Source: Octopus vulgaris (Eukaryota). Taken from it: DNA of 64,000 bases. Where the stretch lies: contig OX597818.1 in the NCBI GenBank assembly GCA_951406725.2, positions 56,978,001-57,042,000 on the forward strand, written 5' to 3'. Positions 37,618 to 49,356 of this stretch are shown in pieces; positions within the stretch are counted from its first letter, which is position 1, and each line of letters begins with the position of its first letter. Made by a program: the position numbers and the translations under genes. Under the pieces are notes generated by a model that saw only the letters and a program-made list of their open reading frames with translations, did no database searches and had not been told where the DNA came from.

Positions 37618-38748
37618 TACTGTATAATTGTAACATATTTTGTACTGTCCTAAGTATGTACACCTTACAGGTGAAAGCATGTGAGTGCTGCATATTGTTG
37701 AATGCTTTCTGCATGGAGTTTCTGTCTTGTAGTTAATCCCTCATGGGCACATGGAGGAACCCAGAATCTGAGAATGTCAACACTACTCCTGATGTGTCTT
37801 TGCATCTTTATGACACTTTTGATGTTCGTTTTCCTGTCCTTTTTGTCGTTCATCCTGTGTTCTCTGCATCTTCTTCAGTTTGTCATTGCTTTCTTTCTTT
37901 ACTTGACTGACTTCTTACCAATTTCTGTCTTCTATTTTCTCTTTCACCCTTTTATGAAGAATTATAATGCATCTGAGCTCCATATGCAATAAGCTCATAG
38001 TTATTATTCTTTTCTACTCTACACACAAGAGCTGAAACTTTTGGGGAGGGGTGGCAGTCGATTAGATTGGTCCCAGTACACAACTGGAACTTGATTTGTC
38101 CACCCCGAAAGGATGAAAGGCAAAGTTGACCTCGGCAGAATTTGAACTCAGAACGTAACGGCAGACGAAATACCTATTTCTATACTACCCACAAGGGGCT
38201 AAATATACAGGGGATAAACAAGTACAGACAAAGGGATTAAATCGATTATATCGACCCCAGTGTGTAACTGGTACTTAATTTATTGACCCCAAAAGGATGA
38301 AAGGCAAAGTCGACCTCGGCGGAATTTGAACTCAGAACATAATGGCAGACAAAATACCGCTAAGCATTTCACCCGGCGTGCTAACGCTTCTGCCAGGTCG
38401 CCACCTTAAACTCATAGTTATTATTATATTTCCAAAATTGGTGAGCTGTAAGAGTCGTTACTGCATTGGACAAAATTCTTAGTGGCATTTCTTCCAACTC
38501 TTTATGTTCTTGGTTCAAATTCTGTTGAAGTTGACATTGTCTTTAGTCCTTTCAGGGTCAATAAAATGAGTACCGGTTGCTGGCCTTGTGCCAAAATTTG
38601 AAACCATTATCATTATTATTATTATTGCAATTTAATCAGCATTAGCAAGAATGATTTTTTTTTGAAAAATTCATTGATTTAATTCGATAAGTTCAGCCGC
38701 TTTCTGGAGAGAAGAATATAATGATTGTCGATCTTTGCTCTTTGTCTC

Positions 38749-38749
38749 A

Positions 38750-38834
<85 letters not shown>

Positions 38835-39075
38835 GGAGATAGATAGAAAGAAAGAGAGAGAGAGAGAGAGAGGGGGAGATAGCTAGATAGAAAGAGAAAG
38901 AAAGAGGAGTAATAGAGAGAGAGGAGAGATAGAGAGAAAGAGAGATGGAAAGACAAAGAAAGAGAAAGAGAGAAAGGGAAATAGAGAAAGAAAGAGAGAT
39001 AGAAAGAGAAAGAACGAAAGAGAGGGAGATAAACATATAGATAAATGGGGAGAGAGAGAGAGAGAGAGAGAGAGA
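38749..39075. repeat. (GA)n / polypurine tract
   Basis: Directly visible. Confidence 0.9.
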
Positions 39076-40774
39076 AATCGTGTTGCTGTTGTTGTTGTTG
39101 TTGCTACAGCTGTGGGGAATAAATATTTATTCATCCACAGCTCAAACAACAGCACAACTTTTACTCGTTTTCCCCTATTCTTCAAGTCTGGAAACGTTAG
39201 ATTCTACAACGTTTCCTCCCAGAAATATTATTGCAAAATAATTTAACCCGAAAATATAGTTATAGTTTGAAATATTATAACGAAAGAAATTCTTTAACAT
39301 CTCACAACAGAAATGTTACAATTAGTGTGGAGAATATAATTAACGGTCTGTGTTAGAAATTAATTCATTTCGTAAGCAAAAAAAGGACGTTGAATTTCTT
39401 AGTACCTCAGTGAAAATGTATTAAATATGTAATATAACAAATAAATGAATGTATAAACACGTAAGTAATGAAATAAATTAATAAACACGCGAATAATCAA
39501 ATTATGAAATAAAATACCAATTAAAATAAATTGTATTTTACCGAATCACAAAAAAAAAATCTAACATTGACAAGGGGAATAACTTGCTAGTTATCTTTAG
39601 TTATTGCTTGCTAGTTATCTCTAGTTATCTCCCTTGAACGAATTTCATTTCATTTACGTATTTTCTATAATTTTACCGGTGAGTGTGTTACATTATAAGG
39701 CACAAAAAGAAAATGACTCTCCCCAGACACAACAGAATCATTTGTTTTTATTTCATTTAAAATGTTAGTTTTGTCGTTGTTTTAATAAGTTGAAAGGGTA
39801 AATGTATTAAAGAGGCTTATTGTGTTATTTTGCTGAAATGCACGTGATAGCGAATTGCCTCAACTTTAGACCCTGTTTCCAACTGCATCATATTGTTGCC
39901 CTTCATTTAGGTAGTTTATTAAATCAATTTACGTGTTGGATTGGGGTTTTGTGTCTCTCTTAGAATATGGCCCACGGTTGAAGAATATGGAGATAAAACA
40001 GAATAAATGAATGAAATACAGTAGAGTCAAACATTTGTTATACAAAAATTGAGAAACTACATTTGTGACAATTAAAAATCTATAAATAAATATAATTAGA
40101 GGAGGGAACAACATAATTGAAATTTTTGAATGGAAGTAGTTGGTAACTTCCTAGGGTAAGAACAGATTGGAAAAAGTTCGAGTTTTACCTCAACTGGCAA
40201 CAAAGACTTCTTCACTGCGAGTGAAGGGTAGATTGTATGATGCTTGTGTTTGAAATGCAACTACATTCAACAACACCTCCTTTCACACAGGGACTCTAAC
40301 TGTTATTCCTCAACCATGCAATGTCCATCCACAATCTGTGTACCACATACCGACACCATTCTGACACTGTGAGCAGAAATCTAAAGAACAACTTCCAATG
40401 AGGATACGTCAGCCTTGTTTCTTCCAAAAGCATGAAAACACAAATGTTTCTTGTATTGGTTGAAAGTTTTGGCACCAGGCCAGAAATTTAGAAGGAGGGA
40501 CAAGTCAATTACATCGACCCCAGTGTGTAACTGGTACTTATTTCATCGACCCTGAAAGGATAAAAGGCAAAGTCAACCTTGACAGAACTTGAAATCAGAA
40601 TGTAAAGACCAATATGAAATACTGTTAAGCATTTTGCCTGTTTGCTCATATTAAGAAAGCACTCCATAGTCTTGGGTTGACCAAAGCCTTGTAATGGATT
40701 TGGTTGATGGAAACAGAAGCCCAACATACATACATATATACGTTATATATATATTATATATATATACATACATC

Positions 40775-41395
40775 CTTTTCGCCTTCAGCCCAGTGCGTCC
40801 ATGCTGCCAACAAAGCACACGGAGTTCTGTTTTTGATTCGACGGTCATTCGGAATGCTCACAGCAGCCATATTCCTACCGCTCTATGTCACGCTGGTGAG
40901 ACCCATATTGGAGTACGGGATTCAAGCCTCTTCTCCTCATCTCCTCAAAGACATACAGCATCTCGAAAGAGTCCAGAAGCTGGCTACCCGCATGGTTCTT
41001 GGTCTCAGGCATTTGTCTTATGAAGAAAGGCTGAAGACGCTCGACCTTTATTCTCTAGAAAAACGATGATGCCGTGGTGATCTCATTCTTGCTCACAACA
41101 TCATAAGCGGAAAGTGTAACCTCTCGAAAGAGCTGTTCTTCAGTCCTGCTCCAGAGCGTCGGCTGCGGGGTCACTCTGAAAAGCTCTATCTGCGACGATT
41201 TCATCTCGATTGAAGGAGAAGGGCTTTCTCCGTCCGGGTTGCGGATCCGTGGAATAAGCTGCCAGACGAGATAGTGAAGATGCCGATGACCGCTCGGTTC
41301 AAAGTCTCCCTTGACCACAAGTGGCCTGAACTCTTTACATGAACACCACCCTGTACATAACTCCATGTCTCCCTACATGGCCTTACTTTTTGCTT
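40775..41395 (+). mobile_element. CR1-clade LINE 3' fragment
   Basis: LYVTLVRPILEYG...LERVQKLATRMV...LSYEERLKTLDLYSLEKR*...RGDLI...LRGHSEKL...FSVRVADPWNKLP. Confidence 0.85.
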
Positions 41396-41489
41396 TTTGA
41401 GCATATATATACACATACATACACACACACATACAATATATGTATGTGTATGAGTCAGATACATGCCTGCGTGTATATGGAGGGGAGAA

Positions 41490-41700
41490 AATCAGGTGTA
41501 GTGTTGCCGAATCTCAGGAAGCATGGAAGTTTTGAAGGATGCAGTGCTCCAACAACTAACAACTGATGCCGGCAGTCTGTTCCATGCTTCAGCAACTCTT
41601 AGCATGAAAAAAATGTTTCCGAAAGTCATGGGAGCTGTGCTGTTTTCTGACTTTGTAAACATGTCCACGGGTGTTAGACAGGTGGAGTTTGAAAAATTTT
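41490..41700 (-). mobile_element. Second CR1/L2-type LINE 3' fragment
   Basis: Minus strand NTRGHVYKVRKQHSSHDFRKHFF...RVAEAWNRLPASVV. Confidence 0.65.
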
Positions 41701-42872
41701 CTAATTTTAAAACAACATTTGATATATTATGAAAATTTTATCTTCTCCATCTCTGACGAGCAGAAGTATTGTCTATCAATGTGTATCAGCAATGGATTCC
41801 ACTATAATGACAATATTTTCATGAAATGATCGTAAGATGCATTAAGTAACAAATTTTTAAGCTGTCATGTTTCATATATTTTAAAATAATTTTAATACAA
41901 TACCATTTTAGTCATATATATCTTTGTGAGAAATTTTGTTTGAGATTGAATTTCATGCTATTATTTCAAAGTACAGTATATACAATCACTCGTATTAATG
42001 TCTAAATATATTATAGTATAATATTTTTGACATTTTATACAGAGAGCAGTCATTATAGATTCAGTGGATAATATCCTAACAATATATTTAATTAATGAAA
42101 CATGAAATTGTGGAGGTTAAAAAGCACCAACGATGATGAGATATTACAAAAATGCATACAGCTGCAAGGCAATAGAACCATTACCATCATCATCATCATC
42201 GTTTAACGTCCGCTTTCCATGCTAGCATGGGTTGGACGATTTTGACTGAGGGCTGGTGAACTAGATGGCTGCACCAGGCTCCGATCTTGATCTGGCTGAG
42301 TTTCTACAGCTGGATGCCCTTCCTAACGCCAACCACTCCGAGAGTGTAGTGGGTGCTTTTTATGTGCCACCGGCATGGGAGCCAGTCAGGCAGTACTGGC
42401 AATGACCTCGCTTGAATCTTTTTACACATTCCACCGGCACAGGTGCCAGTAAGGGGACGCTGGTAACGATCACACTTGAATGGTGCCTTTTATGTGCCAC
42501 CAGCATGGAAGCCAGTTAGCCACTCTGGCAATGATCATGCTCAGATGGTGTTCTTGGCACCCTACTAGCACGGGGCAGAAGTGCCAGTAAGGCGACATTG
42601 GTAAAAATCACACTCAAATGGTGCCTTTTAAAATTCTTAGTGGCATTTCATTCATCTTCATGTTCTGAGTTCAAATTCCACGAAGACCAACTTAGCCTTT
42701 CATCTTTTGAAGGTCAATAGAATAAGCACCAGTTGACCACCAGGGTTGATGAAACCATATTACAAGAATTCATGAAATCATTATCTTTCATTATTTCCCC
42801 CCCCCCTTTTTTTTTTTTGTAAAATTTCTTATTTCTTATTCTAACCATTCTCTCTCTTGGCTTTCATTTCAG

Positions 42873-43043
42873 GCTCGAGAAAAGATGATTGCGGAGAATG
42901 CATTTCTGAAATCTTGTTTGGACATGTCACTTGAGCAGAATGTGACGTTGAAATGTCAAATTGGACTGATTCGACAGCACACCATTTCCTTCATCCTAAA
43001 CCAGATGGACATTTTACATCTGTATAAGGAATCTGAAGTATAA
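42873..43043 (+). CDS. RasGRP: Probable terminal RasGRP coding exon: AREKMIAENAFLKSCLDMSLEQNVTLKCQIGLIRQHTISFILNQMDILHLYKESEV*
   Basis: Pyrimidine tract plus tttcag acceptor, phase 0 as required. Continues the helical heptad pattern begun by LYDRLLKAEE and ends TAA at 43041-43043. Its link across an 18.7-kb intron is inferred. Confidence 0.75.
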   Translation, partial: AREKMIAENAFLKSCLDMSLEQNVTLKCQIGLIRQHTISFILNQMDILHLYKESEV

Positions 43044-43450
43044 GGAGCAACCCCCTATGCATGCTCTCTCATAACTTCTTCTTCCTCCTCCTCTCCTTCA
43101 TTTCCTTCATTCACTTAAAGGTGTTTGGTCATTGTGGTGTATATATATATAAATATATAAATATATAAATATATGGACAAATTTTACTTTTTGGAATGAA
43201 TCTGACCCAGAAAGGGAACTTCATCAAAGAGCTGGAATTGTGATGAACAGATTTCAAGATGGATTAAAGGATTAATGGATTAACGGATTAATTGGCTGAA
43301 CACAAGGGTAACTGTTATATCTGTTCAATGGTTTTTTTCGTTTTGGTTCTGCTGTTTCTGTCGTTCATCAACTAAAAGACAAAAATATTCCTTGTGTGCA
43401 TGTGTGTGTTTGTAAATATATGTATGTGTGTATGTGTATGTATATGATTG

Positions 43451-43499
<49 letters not shown>

Positions 43500-43558
43500 A
43501 TATATATATATATGTATATATATATGTATGTATATATATATGTATGTATATATATATG

Positions 43559-43617
<59 letters not shown>

Positions 43618-43632
43618 TGTGATAGTGTGTGT

Positions 43633-43673
<41 letters not shown>

Positions 43674-43800
43674 ATATGTATATATCTATATTAAAAGACC
43701 AACTTGTTGACATATTTGTAATTTTTGTTGTTTGTTGTTGTTTTATGTAAATAAATCCGTGTCTTTTAAAAAAATAAAAGCAATTATATATTTATGTATA
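43044..43800 (+). other. Putative 3' UTR of RasGRP with (TA)n tract and AATAAA signals at 43750 and 43773
   Basis: Follows the stop codon; AT-rich and free of recognisable TEs up to the mariner at 44123. The true cleavage site is unknown. Confidence 0.45.
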
Positions 43801-44122
43801 TGTGTACACGTTTTAATATATGCTTACATACATTTATGCACACACACACACACGCATACATATGTAAAATTATTGAGAAAACAACATCCAAATACTATGT
43901 TTCATTTTTTATTTAAAAACATTTTTTGGCCTTTCATAAAACAAAACATAAAAATAAAAATTTTAAAAAAAACACGAAATGGAAATAAATCTGTTTTAAA
44001 GAATAATTAAAGAATCCAAAAATTATTTTTCAAATGAAAGTATTTCTGGTTTTATTGTTTCACTTCACAATCAAATTGTGTGTGTGTATATAGCTACGTT
44101 TGTATCTTCATATATAAATATA

Positions 44123-45332
44123 TCAGGCTGAGTAAAAAGTAAGCAAAGTTTTGAAACATGAAATTCGTCATAATATATTTCAACAATGCGAAAATTTATA
44201 CATCAAAGTAAGTACCATTACAATCAACACATTTTTGCTGAGTTACAAGTTTGTTTATTCCGGTAACATAAAAATTTAGAGTTCTGGAGCTGATGAACTC
44301 TTTAAATGCACTGTTAGCATCGGTTTGATTTTTGAACTCCTTCTCTTGCAGGAAACCCTCAAGGTGCTTGAAAAAGTGGTAGTTGGTAGGAGAAAGGTCT
44401 GGAGAATAAGCTGGGTGGGGAAGAACTTCATAGTTAAGTTCCCTCAATGTCTGGAGCATCATTAGTGAAATGTGTGATCCAGCATTGTCATGAAGAATGA
44501 TTGGCCCTCTTCTGTTGACCAGTCTGGGACAGACTGCTTTTCGTTCAATTTGGTCATTTCATAGCAATATGTTTCTGCAGTAATGGTTTCTCCAGGTTTT
44601 AAGAAGTAACAGTGGATGAATCCAGCTGTACACCACTAAACAGTCACCATATCCTTCTTGTTGAAGATTTCGGATTCAGGGAAGGTTTTCAGTGCTTCAT
44701 TTTGGTCCAACCACTGTGAAGAACATTTTTTATTATTGCACAAAATCCACTTTTCATTGCAAGTTACAATACAGGAAGAAATGGATCAGTCTGGTTATGG
44801 AGAAGAAGCGACTAGCAAATTTCATATCTGCACATTTTCTGATTTTCATTCAAATCATATATCCATTTGTCAAGCTTTTTTGACTTTCCAATCACATGCA
44901 AATGGTTGCAGGCAGTTTTCTGGCTAACTTGAAATTCTTTTGCCAGTTCTTGGGTGGTTTTACATGGATCTTTCTCAACGAGGGTCTTTAATTAATTGTC
45001 ATTAATGACAGATGGTCATTTCCTTATCAAATCATTGGTCATTTCCTCACCAAACGTTTCATTGATATCATGAGCAGTTTCAGCTGCTTTATGTCCTTTT
45101 TTTGGAGTTGAATAGCAAAATTGCTTGAATACTGTGCTTTGACAGTTCCATTTCAGATGATTGTAACAATGGTAAAAAAAAATCAATATTAATGTATTGA
45201 TACATTTGGGCAAGTCTATGTCTGTATTATCAGACAATTGCAAAACAGTGTTTAAAAAAATTCAAAATTCTGCAAAATTCCGGTACAAATTCTTCATGGT
45301 TCAAAACGTTGCTTACTTTTTACTCAATCTGA
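44123..45332 (-). mobile_element. Near full-length but inactive mariner (Tc1/mariner) DNA transposon
   Basis: ~40-bp TIRs (tcaggctgagtaaaaagtaagcaaagttttgaaacatgaa and its inverse ending at 45332), TA on both sides, 1210 bp. Frameshifted transposase with GHKAAETAHDINETFG, LHDNA and PHPAYSPDLSPTNYHFF. Confidence 0.9.
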
Positions 45333-45644
45333 TATATATTGTCTGTCTGTCTCCCTTACTCTCTATCTGTCTGTATATATCTATCAACCTCTCTGTCTGT
45401 TCATCTCTTTCTCTCTCTCTCTCTGACTCTCTCTTTATATATATATATGTGTGTGCATGTATATGTCTGCTTCATTTAAATTAAATCTGCCGTTCTAATT
45501 ACTGTAGATGTGAAAATATTTCTTCACCATGTTATCATTTTTAGTTTTGTGAGGATATCTTTCAAGTTGGTTAGAATATAAAACAAATCAATAATGTACA
45601 TATACACGAATACATATACATGCATGATATATATATACATATAT

Positions 45645-45692
<48 letters not shown>

Positions 45693-46011
45693 GATACAAA
45701 TAAGAAAATGGAGAAACAATTTAGTTTGTTCATCAACTTTCGGATATTAGAATGTTGTATTATTTATTCATTTAACAAAATGAGAACCTCAATAGCATAC
45801 ATATATATCTTATAATTAAATACATATAAGATAAGAATTATAAATTTACGGTAAAATATTTCTTTACCTTCACCCGTTTAATACAATGAGTAAGTTAATT
45901 GCATTGCAATTAAAAACATTTATGTATTAAGAATTGGGCTACTTTACCAACAGTATATTGGATAAATACTATCCCTTAGTGGGTTACACCCATAACTCCT
46001 ATCTTACTTTG

Positions 46012-46067
<56 letters not shown>

Positions 46068-46519
46068 TATGGGGGCCCTGTTGGGCAGTACTGGCATCAA
46101 AAGGCGGTGAGCTGGTAGAAATGTTAGCACGCCGGGCGGAATGTGTAGCCATATTTTGTCTGCTGTTACGTTCTGAGTTCAAATTCTGCTGAGGTCGACT
46201 TTGCCTTTCATCCTTTCGGGGTCGATAAATTAAGGAACAGTTACGCACTGGGGTCGATATAATCGACTTAATCCGTTTGTCCGTCCTTGTTTGTCCCCTC
46301 TGTGTTTAGCCCCTTGTGGGTAGTAAAGAAATAGGTATTTCATCTGCCGCTACATTCTGAGTTCAAATTCCGCCGAGGTCGACTTTGCCTTTCATCCTTT
46401 CGGGGTCGATAAATTAAGGTACCAGTTACTCACTGGGTCGATGTAATCGACTTAATCCCTTTGTCTGTCCTCATTTGTCCCCTCTGTGTTTAGCCCCTTG
46501 TGGGTAGTAAAGAAATAAG

Positions 46520-46880
46520 TACTGGCATCAACTGTGCTTGAATGGTGCTTTTTACGTGCCACCAGCATGGGAGCCAGTCAGGTGGCACTGGAATCGGCCA
46601 CGACTGCAATTTGCTTGGCTCAACAGGTCTTCTTCAGCACAGCATATTGCCTGGCGATTAAAGGGTACTTTTAAACTGGCCAGTTATGCAACACTGGCTT
46701 CGGCCATGGTTATGATCTTACTTGACTTGCCGGGTCTTTTCAATCACAACATACCTCCAAAGGTCTCGGTTGTTTGTTATTACCTTTGTGAGGCCCAACG
46801 CTTGAAGGTCATGCTTCACCCCCTCATCCCATGTCTTCCTGGGTCTACCTCTTCCCCAAATTCCTTCCACTGTTAGGGTT
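46520..46880 (-). mobile_element. RTE LINE 3' fragment
   Basis: TLTVEGIWGRGRPRKTWDEGVKHDLQALGL... on the minus strand. Confidence 0.75.
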
Positions 46881-47014
46881 GAACACACATACATAATGTA
46901 TATGCTGTGCTTTTTCATCAGTAGGCTGCAATACCATGTCAAATTGCAGCCTGCTGGCAAACATACAAAGCACATACATCATGTATGTGTGTTCAATAAT
47001 ATATATATATATAT

Positions 47015-47443
47015 AGGCGCAGGAGTGGCTGTGTGGATAGGCGCAGGAGTGGCTGTGTGGTAAGTAGCTTGCTTACCAGCCACATGGTTCCAGGTTCAGT
47101 CCCACTGCGTGGCATCTTGGGCAAGTGTCTTCTGCTATAGCCCCGGGCCGACCAATGCCTTGTGAGTGGATTTGGTAGACGGAAACTGAAAGAAGCCTGT
47201 CGTATATATGTATATATATATATATATGTATGTGTGTGTTTGTGTCTGTGTTTGTCCCCCTAGCATTGCTTGACAACCGATGCTGGTGTGTTTACGTCCC
47301 TGTCACTTAGCGGTTCGGCAAAAGAGACCAATAGAATAAGTACTGGGCTTACAAAGATTAAGTCCCGGGATCGATTTGCTCGACTAAAGGTGGTGCTCCA
47401 GCGTGGCCGCAGTCAAATGACTGAAACAAGTAAAAGAAAAGAG
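47015..47443 (+). mobile_element. SINE family A with a duplicated ~25-nt head
   Basis: aggcgcaggagtggctgtgtgg occurs twice in tandem, followed by the full body and tail. Confidence 0.85.
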
Positions 47444-47554
47444 TATATATATTGATGCATGTATGTATGTATGTATGTATGTATGTATGTATGTATGTAT
47501 GTATGTATGTATTATGTATTATGTGTGTGTATTTCACTGATATATAACCCTCGT

Positions 47555-47608
<54 letters not shown>

Positions 47609-48114
47609 CTCTGCTGTTGCTGCTGCGGTAATTGTTGCTATTGTGCCCGTTATTTATCATAGTTGTTGTGGAGGGACAGTGGTCAGTTACTTTAGCCAGT
47701 AATGTTGTAGTTTGGCTGGGACGCAGTATAGTTTCTGTTGGATACTGCATGCATGCATGTATGTATGTATGTATGTATATAATGTGTACATATTATTAGG
47801 TATATGTATGTGTATGTATGTATATATATATATCTCTATATATAAAACTGAAACGCGCTTGTTTGTTTGTTTGTTTGACTCGACCGCTTGGATCGCTTTC
47901 AGGGCCACTACATCCCGTCGGATTGACTCCAAAATTTACAGGGACATGTAAAAGGTGTCGTTGCTAGGGCCAAAAACCCACTTTGACAAGTCCACTCTCA
48001 GTCTTTTATGTATCTGTCTTCCTCACTCACTCTATTTCCTCCCTTCCCATCACTTTCTATATATAACGTTGATTCGTCAAACGGCGTTCATAACCACTTT
48101 CACACACTCTCTCT

Positions 48115-48855
48115 CTACACGATGTTGATAATGCCTGGATCGTTCCATTCAACCCTTTGCTTTCCAAAACATTTAATGCACACATTAATGTTGAGTACTG
48201 CAGTTCGGTGAGATGCATACAATACCTCTGCAAGTACATTAATAAGGGTGATGATATGGCCATGTTTGTGTTCAGTGATGAAGACCTTAGACATGACGAA
48301 ATTAAACAATTCGTTTTGGGTAGGTATGTATCCTCCAATTATGCAGCGTGGTGCATTTTTCGATACGAGATTCATCTAAGTTCACCATCAGTTTTCCACC
48401 TGAATGTTCATTTACAGAAGAGACAGCTGGTTTACTTCACAGAGAAAAATGCACGTCAACTCATTGAAAATCCGAAAGGGACTACGCTTACAGCGTTTTT
48501 TAAATTGTGTTCAGTTGAAGAGTTTGCTGCTACTCTCATTTACCCTGAAGTACCGGAATATTACACATACAACAACAATAATTGGAAGCGCAGGTCACAT
48601 GGAACAGAACTTGACAATTGGCCCAGTGTTTCTAGGAAGAACGTCATTGGGTGTGTGTATAATATTCATCCTACCAAACAGGAAATCTTCTTTTTGAGAA
48701 TGCTGCTTCTTGTAGTTATTGGACTGAAGTCTTTTGCTGATCTTCGCACGGTTGATGGTATCATCTGCGCCACTTACAGGGAAGCATGTTTGAGGCGTGG
48801 ACTACTTCTCAATGACGACCACTTACACAGGACATTAGCAGAGGCCTCAAAATGA
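48115..48855 (+). pseudogene. Helitron Rep/helicase internal fragment (uninterrupted ~245 codons)
   Basis: DNAWIVPFNPLL...AHINVEYC...YLCKYINKGDD...DEI...RYVS...AAW...LTAFF...FFLRMLL...SFADLRTVDG...TYREAC...GLL are the hallmark RepHel motifs. It lacks the Rep N-terminus and the PIF1 helicase. Confidence 0.88.
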
Positions 48856-48942
48856 AATTAATTTATGTGTGTGTGTGTATCTATATATAAATATGTATAT
48901 ATAATGTATATATACAAAGTGTATATATCTGTATTTATTTAT

Positions 48943-48987
<45 letters not shown>

Positions 48988-49132
48988 TAAGAGAGTGGTC
49001 ACTATATGGCTCACTCTAGCACCAGTTAATCCAAAAGGTTTCAACCACAAAAATACATGTTTCCCATGAAAGTCAGTACGATTGTTAGCTCACACGGACA
49101 GGGCAAATAAAAAATAACAAAAATACAGATTA

Positions 49133-49214
49133 TTTTGGGACAATTGTTTCGCTATTAATGAATTAAATGTAATATTACTTACAAAAAAATCCACTTGTAG
49201 CTCCTCAGCCAAAA
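49133..49214 (-). ncRNA. Canonical type-I hammerhead ribozyme motif
   Basis: Minus strand reads UUUUGG-CUGAGGA-GCUA-(43-nt loop)-UAGC-GAAA-CAAUU-GUC|CCAAAA. Core is perfect, stem I has 6 bp (extendable by CAGAU/AUCUG), stem II has 4 bp, and stem III is the palindrome ACAAUUGU. Confidence 0.75.
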
Positions 49215-49311
49215 CTATCTGGATGAAATCCACTCAATCACACGCCAGACTTTACCATAACGATAAATACACGTGTGGTTCAATTGATTACATCCGACGT
49301 TATATGGCGCG

Positions 49312-49356
<45 letters not shown>

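Noticed and set aside
37665-37960. Charged peptide on the minus strand with a gtaagg donor-like site; possible nested exon
   Set aside because: In-frame stops flank it, there is no clear acceptor, and I recognise no homology.
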